A stretch of DNA of 64,000 bases from NCBI GenBank assembly GCA_963693365.1, contig CAVNZM010000014.1:6076001-6140000 (forward strand), in the 5' to 3' direction. Below the pieces are notes generated by a model. It was not told the DNA's origin. It saw only the letters and a list, made by a program, of their open reading frames with translations, and searched no databases. The translations under genes and the position numbers were made by a program. The DNA is from Amoebidium appalachense (taxonomy: Eukaryota > Protista > Ichthyosporea). Shown one piece after another: positions 1 through 18,558 of this stretch. Each line of letters starts with the position of its first letter. The stretch's first letter is position 1.

Positions 1-87
1 GTGTGTGTGCGCGTGCGCTATAATTTTGTAGTGATGTGTTTCTCAAGCCAATCAATACATCTAATAAACAGGTCGTAGTTACGCGTG
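1..87 (-). repeat. End of a dispersed ~420-bp repeat family (inverted copy, cut by the window edge)
   Basis: Reverse complement matches 50606-50690 (CACGCGTAACTACGACCTGTTTATTAGATGTATTGATTGGCTTGAGAAAC...). Confidence 0.85.
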
Positions 88-1241
88 TTTAGCGAAACCT
101 TCGTGTAGTGAAGTCACGAAGCTTGCCATTCCTCATTCATCTGTTGGCATCAACAGCCGAGCTTCAGATCATCGCTGTGATAATTGCATATGTGTCTACT
201 TTACACACGCCACCCAACCCACCCGCAATGACCAACGGTAATGTCGATTTTAAGTGGCTTGCAGTTCTGAAAGGACAAGGAGAGGTAACGGAAGACTATT
301 ACGTCGCTACCATTTCCTTCATGTCTTACGGCATTGGTCTTTTCACCAACCCGATCCTTCAACGGCAAAGGATAATACACCTCATCTATGCGAGTTCGTA
401 TGCTCTACAGAAGAATCACGGGTGCCAGTATTACGCTCCGCTCCCGTTATTTTTGATAATGGGGACTGCTGCATCTCTTCCTGTTTGGATCCTGTCACCT
501 ACTGAGGTGACTCGTATTTTTCCTTACACACACAGCGAACACTGGACTCTCGGGACCGTAGAGCCGCCGCGAGAGAAAGCATGCACGCGGTCGCGAGAGT
601 GTAAGGAAAAATCGAGCGTGAGGCGAACAGCAAGTTCATAGCAGCCCAGGCACCGTCAGTACGTGCCAGGTTTGGATCGATCAATACATTCGACATTCGA
701 GTAGCCAAGTTTGGACAAACAGATACTACTTATCAGCTGCATGGGCCACCGTTGTAACATACATTGTGTTGTGGCTTTATTACGATCTCAGAACGAAGCA
801 TGTGCATGTCATGTTTAGCGATTATCAATCAAACACTCGCTCTTTCATACTACAGGTTTTAATGTTTTCAAGCTATTTGTTATTCAATGCGAGTTTATTG
901 TTAAAGGAGGGCCTGGGTTCCGCATTTGTATTTCTCGCGATCACTGTGTGCAGAACTCCATGCACGTCGTATGTTTTGGACCATTTTTGGTGTCAGGTTA
1001 TACAAGCACATTTAGACCATCGAACAGGGGCTACCGTCACTTTCCACCCTTCTTATCCATCCTAATGTAATCTTGAAGATAGATTCATTGTTCTTCTTGT
1101 AGAATATAAATTAGTTAAGCCTTTTCTAATCATTACCTTCGTATTATGTATACTAATGTGGTTTTATAGTTATAAATCATAGTTCATGAATTGGTTATAC
1201 CACTGCCAAGTTGAAATGTGTTTCTCCTTTTAACCCTTTCT

Positions 1242-1282
<41 letters not shown>

Positions 1283-1446
1283 AATAAAAAAATACCCGAC
1301 ATATATGTAAATCTTAGGCCAGATGTTTTCTTAATATTGGAATTCACGAAGAATCTTCTAAAGTACAAGTAAAGCTGTATGAACATACATAAGTCAAGAC
1401 CTCTTATATCATTTTTATTTAAAACAAGTTACACTGCACGAGAGCG

Positions 1447-1477
<31 letters not shown>

Positions 1478-1491
1478 ACCACCACCACCAC

Positions 1492-1804
1492 CAGGGCCCA
1501 AGTTGGCCGTCCCACCACATCGGTTAAACAACTTGCTCCGAGAAAGCGGAATTATTCCGCAAAAAGCAGAATTGTGCTGCTAAAGGCAGAATTATTCAGC
1601 AAAAGTAGAATTATTCAGCTAAACACAGAAATATTCTAAAAGCAGAACTATTCTGCTGCCGAAAAAAGCAGAATAGTTCTGCGTTTTCGGCAGCAGAATA
1701 ATTCTGCGTTTTGCGGTATAATTTGCTAAAAGAAGAAAATATCTGCTACAAGCAGAATAATTCTGGGCTTTGCAAGTCGAATCTGCCGATGTGGTTGGGC
1801 CCTC
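1492..1804. mobile_element. MITE-like non-autonomous DNA transposon (hAT-like ends)
   Basis: Imperfect terminal inverted repeats CAGGGCCCAA...ACCACATCGG...ACTTGC / GCAAGT...CCGATGTGGTTGGGCCCTC. The internal AGCAGAATTATT-like motif repeats in direct orientation on the left and inverted on the right. No clear TSD. Confidence 0.55.
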
Positions 1805-2228
1805 CCTCCCCTCCCTCTGGAGGATGAGCTCTGCTTCATATGCATACTCTTTGTGTGTTTTGCGCTCTGCAGTGTGTTGTCCATTCCGAATGTGCACTTT
1901 CTGCTCGATGCATGCACAAACTCTAACGTCCCCCCCCCCCCTCCCCACACACACACACACATGTACACACACCCTCCCTCCCCTGCCTATATATCGGTCC
2001 CGACCACAGACCCGGCTGCCCACCAGCCACGCCTTCACAACAACACGACCTGACGTTTCTCGTTTTTAGGTAGATTCTCTCTTATAGTTTCTCTCTCTCT
2101 CTATTTTTTGTTGTGGTGTCATTGGTAATGGGGGTGGTAGTCTAGTGTTAGTGGCCCCGGGGATGGGGTAAGTCGCCGTATCGGATGCGTATACATATGT
2201 GTGTCACGTCGAGTGGGACCCCGGTGGG

Positions 2229-8600
<6,372 letters not shown>

Positions 8601-9367
8601 ACACGCACACACAAGGACAGCAAGGGCAGGAATTGGGGGCCCGGGGCAGACTCATCAGCGCTACATAGCAATATCCTCAACAATAGCGCAACATTTTGTG
8701 CGTGACCTGCATGGAACACCCACGGCACACCGCCCGAGGCCTTGTACCTATGGCACAAGTAAGGGTATCTGATGTAGGACTATCAGATTGTTCTTCTTGT
8801 ACCTGAGACATAGTAGGTAGTTGTGGGGCCGTAGCACCTTAAAGTTTTCGGACCGGCCGGCCATTGTCGGATGAGCCGACCTGACCGAAGCGGTGCGGCC
8901 CTGACCCGAACCCGCGTCACACTGTCATGATGATGCATCGAATTTGCCATGCCCCCGACCCGACCCGCGAGATTCAGCCGGGCCGCGGACTGATGCGCAC
9001 GGGCGACCCGTCCCGCATCACCCTACTCGACCCGGATTAGGCTGGTGCAAAGGTGCAGTCTAGGGGCTAGGGGGGGACGTGCTGGGGCTGTTCAAACCCC
9101 GCCCTGCATGACAACCAATCAAAACTCATATGTTTACTCGGCACAGGCTGCCGCACAGCGACATGTACATTATTTATTGAAAAGAAGAGGGTGTGGCGAT
9201 GCCATACGGTAAGAGACTGAATTGCCGTAATTAATGAATGATTCAGCTTATAACGTGTCACCGATATCATACGTTAATGTAATCTGTATGTTAGTAAACT
9301 CTGACTACTACCTACTCGGAAACATGTAACAGTATGAGTTGACATATGTAATGCATGATAAAATCAA

Positions 9368-9429
<62 letters not shown>

Positions 9430-9433
9430 ACAC

Positions 9434-9489
<56 letters not shown>

Positions 9490-9493
<4 letters not shown>

Positions 9494-10190
9494 CCTGCTG
9501 CATCATGATGTCACCCAGGGGTAAAGAGCGCTAGCTAGATTGAATTTTGAGAATGGTGATTCCATGCTTCTGTGCGTGAGACAATGGAACGTAGGAACTC
9601 AAATGCCGGATATCTTTGAGGGTCAGCTGAAAGGCAGGGCTGTGTTTGGTGGAGCCATCAACAGGGTCTAAGACTTGAATAAAGACCCAGACCATGGGGT
9701 CATTGGGGTTGACCTGTGCAGCGTTGGACTTACTCATCATGGTGGTCTGACGGGATGACATTGGCACGTAAACAATGCCGTAAAATCCACTGGCATTGTT
9801 GTTGAAATGTGGTAACTCGAGCTTGAACACAGGTCCATGTGGGACGTGGTTGCAAAACCTGAGCTTGCGCTCTGTCTAAGGGTTGTTCAGATCCTGCAAA
9901 ACATCCCTGAAAAACTTTCTCAACATATCCCCCTTGAGTGCGTCGTAATCCTAAATGTGCGGCATCACCTCAGTGCTGGATGTCATGCAGCGTTCACGAA
10001 TCCAACCCTCCATCATCTTCACGATGGCATTCCACTGTAACATCTTGCTGGTCGTAGAGAACGGTTGCAGTAAAGTATCAGCCCGGGGGCGTTAGTACGG
10101 TGTCTTTGGAAGTGAAACCATCCACTGTTTCATACACGATCTACCGTACTTGCTTTTATGGCTGTACGTGTCCAGTCCCCAGTGGTCGTC
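9490..10190 (-). pseudogene. Degraded ORF of unknown function, divergent from the pPolB gene
   Basis: One frame runs from [20 protein letters not shown] through MLQWNAIVKMMEGWIRER and FKLELPHF.. to RSLPLGDIMMQQAY. It is interrupted only by four in-frame TAA/TAG codons. Confidence 0.5.
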
Positions 10191-10878
10191 CGTGCCCCAG
10201 TGGCCCGGTATCCGTTGCACCGTGCCCCGTGCCTGCCCTGTGCCCCGTGCTCGCGCCCGTGCCTGTGCCCGCGCCCCGTGCCTGTGCCCGTGCCCCGCCG
10301 TGCCCGTGCCCCGCGCCCCGTGCCCGTCACCCTGTGCCCTGTGCCCACCGCCCGTGCCTGCGTCCGGCCGTACCTCCATTTCCTGTGCCCCGTGCCCGCG
10401 CCCCGTGCCCGTGGCTGCGTCCCCGTGCCCGTGCCTGTGTCCCCGTGCCCGTGTCCGTGCCGCGCCCCGCGCCCTGTGCCCCGTGCCCCGTGCCTCGTGC
10501 CCCGGCCCATGCCCCGTGCCCCTTGCCCTGTGCCCGTGCCCCGTGCCCCATACCCCGTGCCCCGCGCCCCGTGCCCGTGCCCGTGCCCGGTGCCCATGCC
10601 TGTGTCCGTGCCGTGCCCGTGCCCGTGCCCGTGCCCCACCGTGCCCGTGCCCGTGCCCGGTGCCCGTGCCCGTGCCCCGCCGTGCCCGTGCCCCGCGGCC
10701 CGTGCCCCGCGGCCCGTGCCCCGCCCCCGTGCCCCGTGCCCCGTGCCCCGTGCCCCGTGCCCCGTGCCCCGTGCCCCGTGCCCTGCGCCCCGTGCCCAAG
10801 CCCGCGTCCCACGCCCCGCCGTGCCCGTGCCCCGTGCCCCGTTCCCCGTGCCCCGTGCCCCAGTGGCCGTCCGTGCCC
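10177..10878. repeat. (GTGCCC/GTGCCCC)n degenerate minisatellite bounded by 21-bp direct repeats
   Basis: CCCCAGTGGYCGTCCGTGCCC at 10177-10197 and 10858-10878, with a 6-7-bp unit between them. Confidence 0.9.
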
Positions 10879-13048
10879 TCATGAGGTGTATAAGTACCGG
10901 TTCATGTCCATTAACATAGTTAATGTAGTCAGATCAGTTATGGTTTCTGGGGTGTTGGGGGAAAAAAAAAAATCTCAACCCTACAATCAAAACAAACTGG
11001 GACTCAACTTGACATCAATGGAACAACCACACGACATTCGTAACGGAGTTACTGTAGCGGAGGTGTATGACGATTGGGTCACTGAGCTTGAAGATGTCAT
11101 GAACATTAACGGCCGACCTTGGACTGATGACTTGGACAATCCGGGTCACAACGTCGCACTGCAACGCCGTGCCGTACCTTCTGACGATGCGCGTGTGCGG
11201 ACGACGCTGTTTGAGAGTCACTGTGACGAATTCATTGCCAACGCCTACAATGTGGTTGCACAGTCGGCGATCGGTGGTGCTATCAACAGCTACAACGCCA
11301 GCTACAGCAGCGCCAACCCCCTCAACAACATCTTGGTTGAAGACCTTGACATACACATGTGCCGCATGATGGGTGAGGTTCGTCTGCGTGCCCGTATTCA
11401 CAACGACACACGTGTGCTTGCCACTGCGCATATATCATGTATGGGTAGCCGCAGCGGTGGTGTTCACTGGCAGGCAGGATCCATTTTTGGGAAGCCCATC
11501 AGCAGTATTGACAACCGCACCAACGGATCGCTCATGCGATGGTGTGAGTTTGCCGAGTACGCACCCAGGGCTCTTATTGAGAACATTGTCGACCAAGTAC
11601 GAGGTGACCGAGGTCTCCAGCGTCATGTTCTTTGTCACGTTCATCAACGTCGACAACAGCCTGCTTGGCGCGAGCGATCGCAAATGTTGGAGTGCGAGTG
11701 TAGGGGAACAAGAGCTGGGTTCTAAATGGGCCGACCTGACCTCAGGCTCGGGTCACCAACGTATCCGGGTCGATTACTCGTGTAGCACCGGTAGTAACGA
11801 CTGCTTCCCCTCGTCGCTGGTGCTGGCCGCACACTTGCAGAGCAACGAATGGATCCAGGCGGTCGATGCTGATGCAGGCGGAGAAGGTCACGGTGGTGAC
11901 GTCGCCGATTTGGAAGCCGAGGCCGACGACCATTACGGCCCGTGGGACGTACGACGTGGCGACCCTCAACGGTATCGCGCCTCGAAGAAAAGGCTACTGC
12001 TGACCCATAAACTGCAACGGCAATTCGCCCAAGACGTACAGCACTGCATCTCCGTGTTGGAGGGTGCCGGTCTGTGGAGCCGAACACATGGCGTACACTT
12101 CAACGATATAAGTCGGGTGATTGAGTTGGTCAACATCCGTGTGCATGGCGCCCGAGCGGCCGTCGTCGCCCAAGGCCTCGACATCACAGACCCGCACGTT
12201 GTTCTTGACGAACCGCTCGTGATTCCCGACTTCTACTCTACGCTCCGTGTGCAACTTTACAACCTGGATTCCATCCTTGGCATGGACCAGACACCCGTAC
12301 GACACCTGGCGACGTTCCCTGACCCTGTGGATGACTTTGACGCCGAGGCAAAGACTGTGTATCTGGGTATGGCCACCACGGGCGTTCGACACGAATCGAC
12401 GGCAGATGCAGGCAGCGACGCCGATTCTAGTGGTGACGCCGTGGACGCCGTACCTGATGGGTCAGACTTGGGCCCAGACTTCGAGTTCGACGTTCATCGA
12501 GACGACGGCGTGCTTGAAGATCTCGAACAGCGTCCCCCATCTTACGCGTACGGTACCGGTTTGGACGTGCACGCCGACAACTGCGACGCCGACCGCAACG
12601 CAGACCGTGACACCGACTGCGACAACGATCACGGCGACAACGGTCTTGACGATCATGGTGGCGACGCCTTTCTGCCCGCGGCGACGCCCAACAACAATCC
12701 CGAGCAAGTTCAACGCAATGCGATATTCCACACGGTCTGGATATCCAAGCCAACGCTGCTGGGCCGCCTATACAATTCAAATTCCGACGCCAACAACATG
12801 GTTTTCTGCCCTGTCTGTGGACTGTGGAAGAGGCGCGACCACTCCTGCGAAGCGATGGAACGGGTGCGTCCCTGCCAGTGGTGTGGTCTAACGCTGGGCA
12901 AGCCGCACCTACATTCGCCGACGGACACCGTCGTCAGTTACTGACATGGAGTCAGTCCGATGTGCACACTGCGCCGTGTGGCTACCCAAGCAGTGCGGCG
13001 ACCGCCACGAAGCTCGGTGTATGCTGGCCGATGACACGTACATCAGAC

Positions 13049-14215
13049 TGTTGGAGTGCAGACTTACGCTCACTCCACAATATGTGTATGTTAGCTTTAC
13101 AATTGGTTCCGTGTACACAGACACACGCTGACACTCGATCACCACATACACATCTGCATAGTTGAGGAATGTTGCCAATTGTGTTTTGACTGCAAACGAT
13201 TGGTTCACTGGTCCCAGAGATCTCTAAATGAAAGTAACCAATCCGATTAGCACCTGGCATCCGGATTACATTCCAGACTGCTGCCCCACGGGTATATAAG
13301 CCACGTCTCTGCCAGGTGCAGACATGGAGTGCAGAAATGGAGTTCAGTCATGGAGTTCAGTCATGGAGTTCAGTCATGGAGTTCAGTCATGGAGTTAACA
13401 CACTGAAAGCAGTAAAAAACGGGTCAGCGCCCAAGCGCGCCACGACGACCCTAGTCACAGCGGACTCTACTTCCAACAGGGTTATGGGCCCAGACACGAC
13501 ACCGCGGCCTCTAACTTCACGTCCCCTACGACGCCTTGAACGGAGGAGCCCAGAAACCGACTTCTAGGCTGTACCCTACACCCGCGAGCGTATTTCCGTG
13601 AAGTAGAGACTTTCGCTTCCACAAACTCCATCCGCAGCAGCCTGCGACATCAACGTCAAGTATTCCACTTCATTGGCGGGGCACGCACCACAGTGGAATG
13701 CACACCCCGGTCTACCCTGCAAGCAGCCACACTCACTCTCTCTTCTCTACAGTGGTGTGTACACTTCTCCAATTGGGTAGGGGTGTTGGAGTGCAGACTT
13801 ACGCTCACTCCACAATATGTGTATGTTAGCTTTACAATTGGTTCCGTGTACACAGACACACGCTGACACTCGATCACCACATGCACATCTGCATAGTTGA
13901 GGAATGTTGCCAATTGTGTTTTGACTGCAAACGATTGGTTCACTGGTCCCAGAGATCTCTAAATGAAAGTAACCAATCCGATTAGCACCTGGCATCCGGA
14001 TTACATTCCAGACTGCTGCCCCACGGGTATATAAGCCACGTCTCTGCCAGGTGCAGACATGGAGTGCAGAAATGGAGTTCAGTCATGGAGTTCAGTCATG
14101 GAGTTCAGTCATGGAGTTCAGTCATGGAGTTAACACACTGAAAGCAGTAAAAAAAACGGGTCAGCGCCCAAGCGCGCCACGACGACCCTAGTCACAGCGG
14201 ACTCTACTTCCAACA
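13049..14215 (+). mobile_element. TRIM-like non-autonomous Copia LTR element inserted in pPolB
   Basis: LTRs 13049-13478 and 13784-14215 (TGTTG...CAACA) with internal 13-bp ATGGAGTTCAGTC repeats. TSD CAGAC. PBS GGTTATGGGCCCAG (anticodon half of tRNA-iMet) at ~13480. PPT GGGTAGGGG. Internal region 305 bp. Confidence 0.93.
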
Positions 14216-17160
14216 CAGACCTATCCTGCACTGCTATCGAAGCGGTAAGGATGTCTTCTGGTGCGTCACGTGCAACTGGGAGCACACCGCCGATTACATG
14301 CAGAAGTTGGTGGAGGCGGGTCTGAGCTCAGACAACCCCTACCGTGATGAAGTCGCGGCCCGTGTTCTGGCCCACAGCGACATTAACCCCGGCCCGACAA
14401 CGCCGACGACCTTCTGGGCCTGCTCTCCGAGCGCTACAAGGCCTCCACGGTGAAGAACGGCGGTAAGCGGCAAGCCACCGTCAACTGGGGTAGGATGCAC
14501 GTAGACCTGTTGCCTGCCTTTTGCGTGCTGTCCTCATGTGTCGGGATGTCATGCAAGGTGGTGGCGGTTCGCGGTACCCACACATGCGGCGTGCAGCCCC
14601 TCGAGCTCAAGGCCATGTCCAAGGGTTCAGGTCAGCAGCCAGGCCAGGCGAGGCCAGGCCCGGCGGGTGGAAGGGGTGCAGCCGGGCAACCGTTGGACAC
14701 CTGCAAGGTTGCCGTGTACGACCTCGAGACCACCACTGACGAGGGCGTGGCCATGCGCGTGTGCGACATTGTCGGTGCGTATTGCACAGTCGTGAAGGGC
14801 GGAGAGGAGGCGGCGATAAAGGCCGGCGGCATTCCGCAGCCGATCCCCACGCAAGTCGTTGCACACCTGCGAGCAGTGTGCGCGGCCACGCATATCCAAG
14901 GCGAAGCCAAGTTTGTACCCGGCAAGAGCACGTATGCCTTCACCTGCGGTCCGACCGACGACCCAATGGGACGGTTCATGGGTTGGGTGCTGGCCACGCA
15001 TCGGGTGCGACGTACAGTCGGGCGCGGAAAGTCGTCGACCAACATCACCGAGAAGCGCTATATCCACGAGGGGTACGTGTTTATGGCACACAACGGCGGT
15101 AACTTTGACGTACTGCTTATCATCAAGTATCTGGAGACAAACCGTGACGGCGTCAAGTTCAGCAAGATACCCAACGGTTCGGGTGTGTTCCAGGTCACCA
15201 TACACCCGTCCAATGATATGGCCGGCAGAGGCATCACGTTCCGTGACTCCCTGAAGCACATACCTCATGCTCTGGAGCAGCTGCCCGAGATGTACGGGTT
15301 TTCCGAGCTCACGTGCAAGACGTCTCACCCGATGGCCTTCAACACCGAGGCAAACTTTGGATACGTGGGCGCTGTGCTGTGCCTTAACTACTACGGCTTT
15401 GCGGAGAAAAAGACCCGCGGAGAGACCGACCTCAAGGAAAAGTGGGCCCGCTACATATCGACCACCGCCGACAGCAGACCCCTCGTCCCAGCCTCCACAA
15501 CCATGCCTGAAGGGCAACCGCGCAAACGTATGTTTCAACTTGGCAAGACTCACCACGCTTCAAGCACATCGTCGCGCCACTCACCCATAAGATTGAGCAG
15601 CGTCAGTGGTTCAGGAAGCTTCTGCGGGACACCGTGTTCCGGGCGTCCGTCATCGACGCGGCGGAACATGACGTCGCCACAGCTGCGACAGGCTCAGGCC
15701 GCGACCCAACCCCAGTAGACCGGAAGAACGTCGTCGTCTTCATCATACATCGGATGACCAACGGTTTGACGTCCGCCCAAGACCGTGACACCCTGATTCT
15801 GGAGACGTCGGTCAAGACGGCTCTGAAGCTCCTGTCCGCGGTCCTGGTCGCCCACGGCGGTCCGCACGTCTTCGACAATGACGCCTTGCGTGTGCAGTAT
15901 TGCCGGCGCGACGTCGAGGTGTTGATGGTGGCACTGGTCCACCACACCGTCAACATCCGCAAGGCCGTGAACACGCTGGCGGACGTCGGACTCAACAAGG
16001 GGCAGCGGAGCGCCCAGAACTGGGGACGGCTCGACCCCCACCAGAACGTGTCGTTGGCTGGGCTGGCGCAGCGCGTCGTGCTGTCCACGGGATACACGGG
16101 CCCAGGACGACCTGCACCCCAAGCCGCACGTGTACGACGCCTTGGCCAAGCCCATGACCTGCGACAACGACTCTTCCCGCCCAGAGTGTCGGTGGACCTC
16201 CATGATGATGAGTTGGAAGCTGATACGCGAGCGGTACCGTGACTGCGCCGAGGCCGCGCACAACGCGCTGATGCAACCGGCGGCCGGACCTTTCCTGTAC
16301 TTCGGCAACGTCAAGGCAGGTGTTATGTCTCCGCGGCGAGCATTCGTGTCAATCGATCGATTCAGATCTATTCAGATCTATTTGCTTTATTTACAATTCG
16401 TCGGTGCCGGCTCATCCAGTCAGATGTCGGCGTTTGCTGATGAATGAGCCAATCATAAATGTTATATCTGCTTTTCCAATCGGATGATCGAATACAATTA
16501 CATATGTTCGGTTACTTGGAAACGAACTACAGTGAGACTCGCGTGAGTGGACACTTATGACCTCTTCTGTGTTGATTGGAACACGTAAATGCTGCGGCCA
16601 TAGAGAACGAATAACTAACAAGCAGGTTGTGAGTGATTGGGGAGTCTCATATTCGACCAGTCATGTTGAGGGCATCCCGGTAAAGTCCAGCTGCAATGAG
16701 TGGTCGTTGTAAACCTGCAGTTACACATGTGAGAGAGACAGCACTCCGAAAGGTAACTGGTAACCAAAGTCACAAACAGGAAAAGTACTGGTACCTGTTT
16801 ATTTGGAGTATATTTCGGGGCTGTGTAGTCATAAGTCATGCAGCAGTAAAGATTATATATGAGTGTTAGAACCGGCAAGAGACCAAGTAGTCACACACAG
16901 TAATTACTAGCCCTGTACTAATCTGTAATATGATTGGTCGGCTAGGGAGTTGTGTAATTGGTCAAGTAATCTTGTCCGGGTCGACCATCCGTATATAAAC
17001 GCACGCATCGATCCTCTGAAATCCAGTTCAGAGTGAACCCCGTTTACACTCATACACATACATTTTACACTGAAGTGTCCGTGAGGATACTTTACAAGCT
17101 ACACCAATCCAATTGCTATATTGCAAAACTTCCGTCTCGGCTGTTGCTTTCGCCCCCAAC

Positions 17161-18558
17161 ATGGAGCCGGAACCCCCCTTTTCGCCGGTCGCGGGGCTGA
17201 GTGCAACCTTCGCCCAAGCTCTTGTTTTTGGCCCCCTCGGCAAGCTCAAGGATGTCACCGTCGGCAAGTTCACCCAGTGGCGCGGCCAAGTTATGGACCC
17301 GCAGGATGAAATAGACCCGGAGTTTCTCGACGCTCTGCCCCCCAGTTTGATGGAGTGGCAAGACCCCATTGTGATGGATGAAGTGTTCTACGACGCCCCT
17401 GCGGCCAAGGCTTTTCAGGTTCCTGAAGTGTGTGCTGCGGCTGCGGCTATGATGGAGAAGCTTAAGATTCCTCAGCTCTCCAAGGCTGATAACGTGTTTG
17501 AATGGTACCGTCTCATCGATCGCATCGCCAAGCTGTCCCCCGACACTCCCCTGGCCCAGTGGCAAGTTATGATTCTGCAGAGTGTGAACCGGGCAAGTGG
17601 TGATCCTCGTGTGTTGGAGATGGCTACCCTCCTTGACGACTACATGGATCCTGAAAACGACAACAAGACGGTGCCGGTTCGTGCCCTCGGCATTGACCTC
17701 GAGGTGCGCTCGGAGGATTCTCTTCTTCACCTGGCCTCTCGAACACCACTGAAGACGACTCGCCCTATGCACAAGGGCAAGGGTGAGATTTTGCAGGTCG
17801 AAGTCGAATTGACGGCGTCTGAGTGGCTGCTGTGTTTCATCGAGAACTACTGGCTGACCAACATTCGGCGTGAATCATATGAGACACAGATCCGGGCCCT
17901 CCGTTTCACTCCCACGTCGGATGCCACGGCTGCCAGTATTGGTGGCCAAGTGACGGCACACACCAACACGTTTCGCCGTCTGCTGGAGTTAGCTGGTTTG
18001 AACACCGACGTCAGCGGTCAAATGCAACGTAGTTTATACAGGAATACGTTTGAGGCCGATGCGCAGTTGTGGGAAATAGCTCAGGCAAATGGCAAGCTTG
18101 ATGAGGCTCAGTCGAAAATTATTAACAAGCTCGAGGGTCGTTTCGCTAGTCGGCAGGCGGCCAAGAAAGCGCAGGTCAATAGTGTTTCCACCCCAGGTAA
18201 CAACGGTAGTGGTATTGGTGCTCCGGAGATTGCTGCCCTGCAGGCTCAGATAGCTAGCTTATCGGCTCAGGTGGCTGCCTTCCAGGCTGCCGGTGGTAAG
18301 GCCAAAAATGACCGTCAACCCCGTCGCCCGGCTCCCTATCAGAAAAACGGCAAGCACGGTAGCCAACAGGGTAGTGAGAGACCAGTCGTGCCTATTTCAG
18401 AACGAGTTTGTTTCCATTGTACTGGGATAGGGCATCAGAAACGGGATTGTCCCAACCGAAAATTGCCTAAGACCTTTCCCTCAGCCCCCGAAGGTATTAG
18501 GTGGAAAGATCATGCTCAGCAGGCGTCGGCTAAAATTTTGGCCGAGCGTCGGCGTTGA
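17161..18558 (+). CDS. gag: Gag of G1
   Basis: Long ORF after the 5' LTR with zinc knuckle CFHCTGIGHQKRDC. Ends at a TGA in frame with pol. Confidence 0.9.
   Translation: MEPEPPFSPVAGLSATFAQALVFGPLGKLKDVTVGKFTQWRGQVMDPQDEIDPEFLDALPPSLMEWQDPIVMDEVFYDAPAAKAFQVPEVCAAAAAMMEKLKIPQLSKADNVFEWYRLIDRIAKLSPDTPLAQWQVMILQSVNRASGDPRVLEMATLLDDYMDPENDNKTVPVRALGIDLEVRSEDSLLHLASRTPLKTTRPMHKGKGEILQVEVELTASEWLLCFIENYWLTNIRRESYETQIRALRFTPTSDATAASIGGQVTAHTNTFRRLLELAGLNTDVSGQMQRSLYRNTFEADAQLWEIAQANGKLDEAQSKIINKLEGRFASRQAAKKAQVNSVSTPGNNGSGIGAPEIAALQAQIASLSAQVAAFQAAGGKAKNDRQPRRPAPYQKNGKHGSQQGSERPVVPISERVCFHCTGIGHQKRDCPNRKLPKTFPSAPEGIRWKDHAQQASAKILAERRR

Noticed and set aside
108-641. 177-aa ORF, and exon-like patches near 6405-6510, 7610-7700 and 7926-8053
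   Set aside because: No recognisable motif and no consistent splice model could be built.
8812-9316. AGTAGGTAGT...ACTACCTACT inverted ends resembling Polinton termini, with internal ACCCG repeats
   Set aside because: Only about 11 bp match, there is no TSD, and they do not bracket pPolB. It may be a small MITE but is unsupported.
10092-10919. Long ORFs in several frames (Pro/Cys/Arg/Ala-rich)
   Set aside because: Stop-free artefact of the GTGCCC array. The real coding part begins at ATG 11018.
13337-13400. 13-bp tandem repeats resembling a CRISPR or iteron array
   Set aside because: No spacers; they are an internal part of the LTR, repeated in each copy.
15528-15600. GTATGT...AG candidate intron at a pPolB frameshift
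   Set aside because: Neither nearby AG restores the downstream frame, and the interval reads as coding (WQDSPRFKHIVAPL), so a simple indel fits better.
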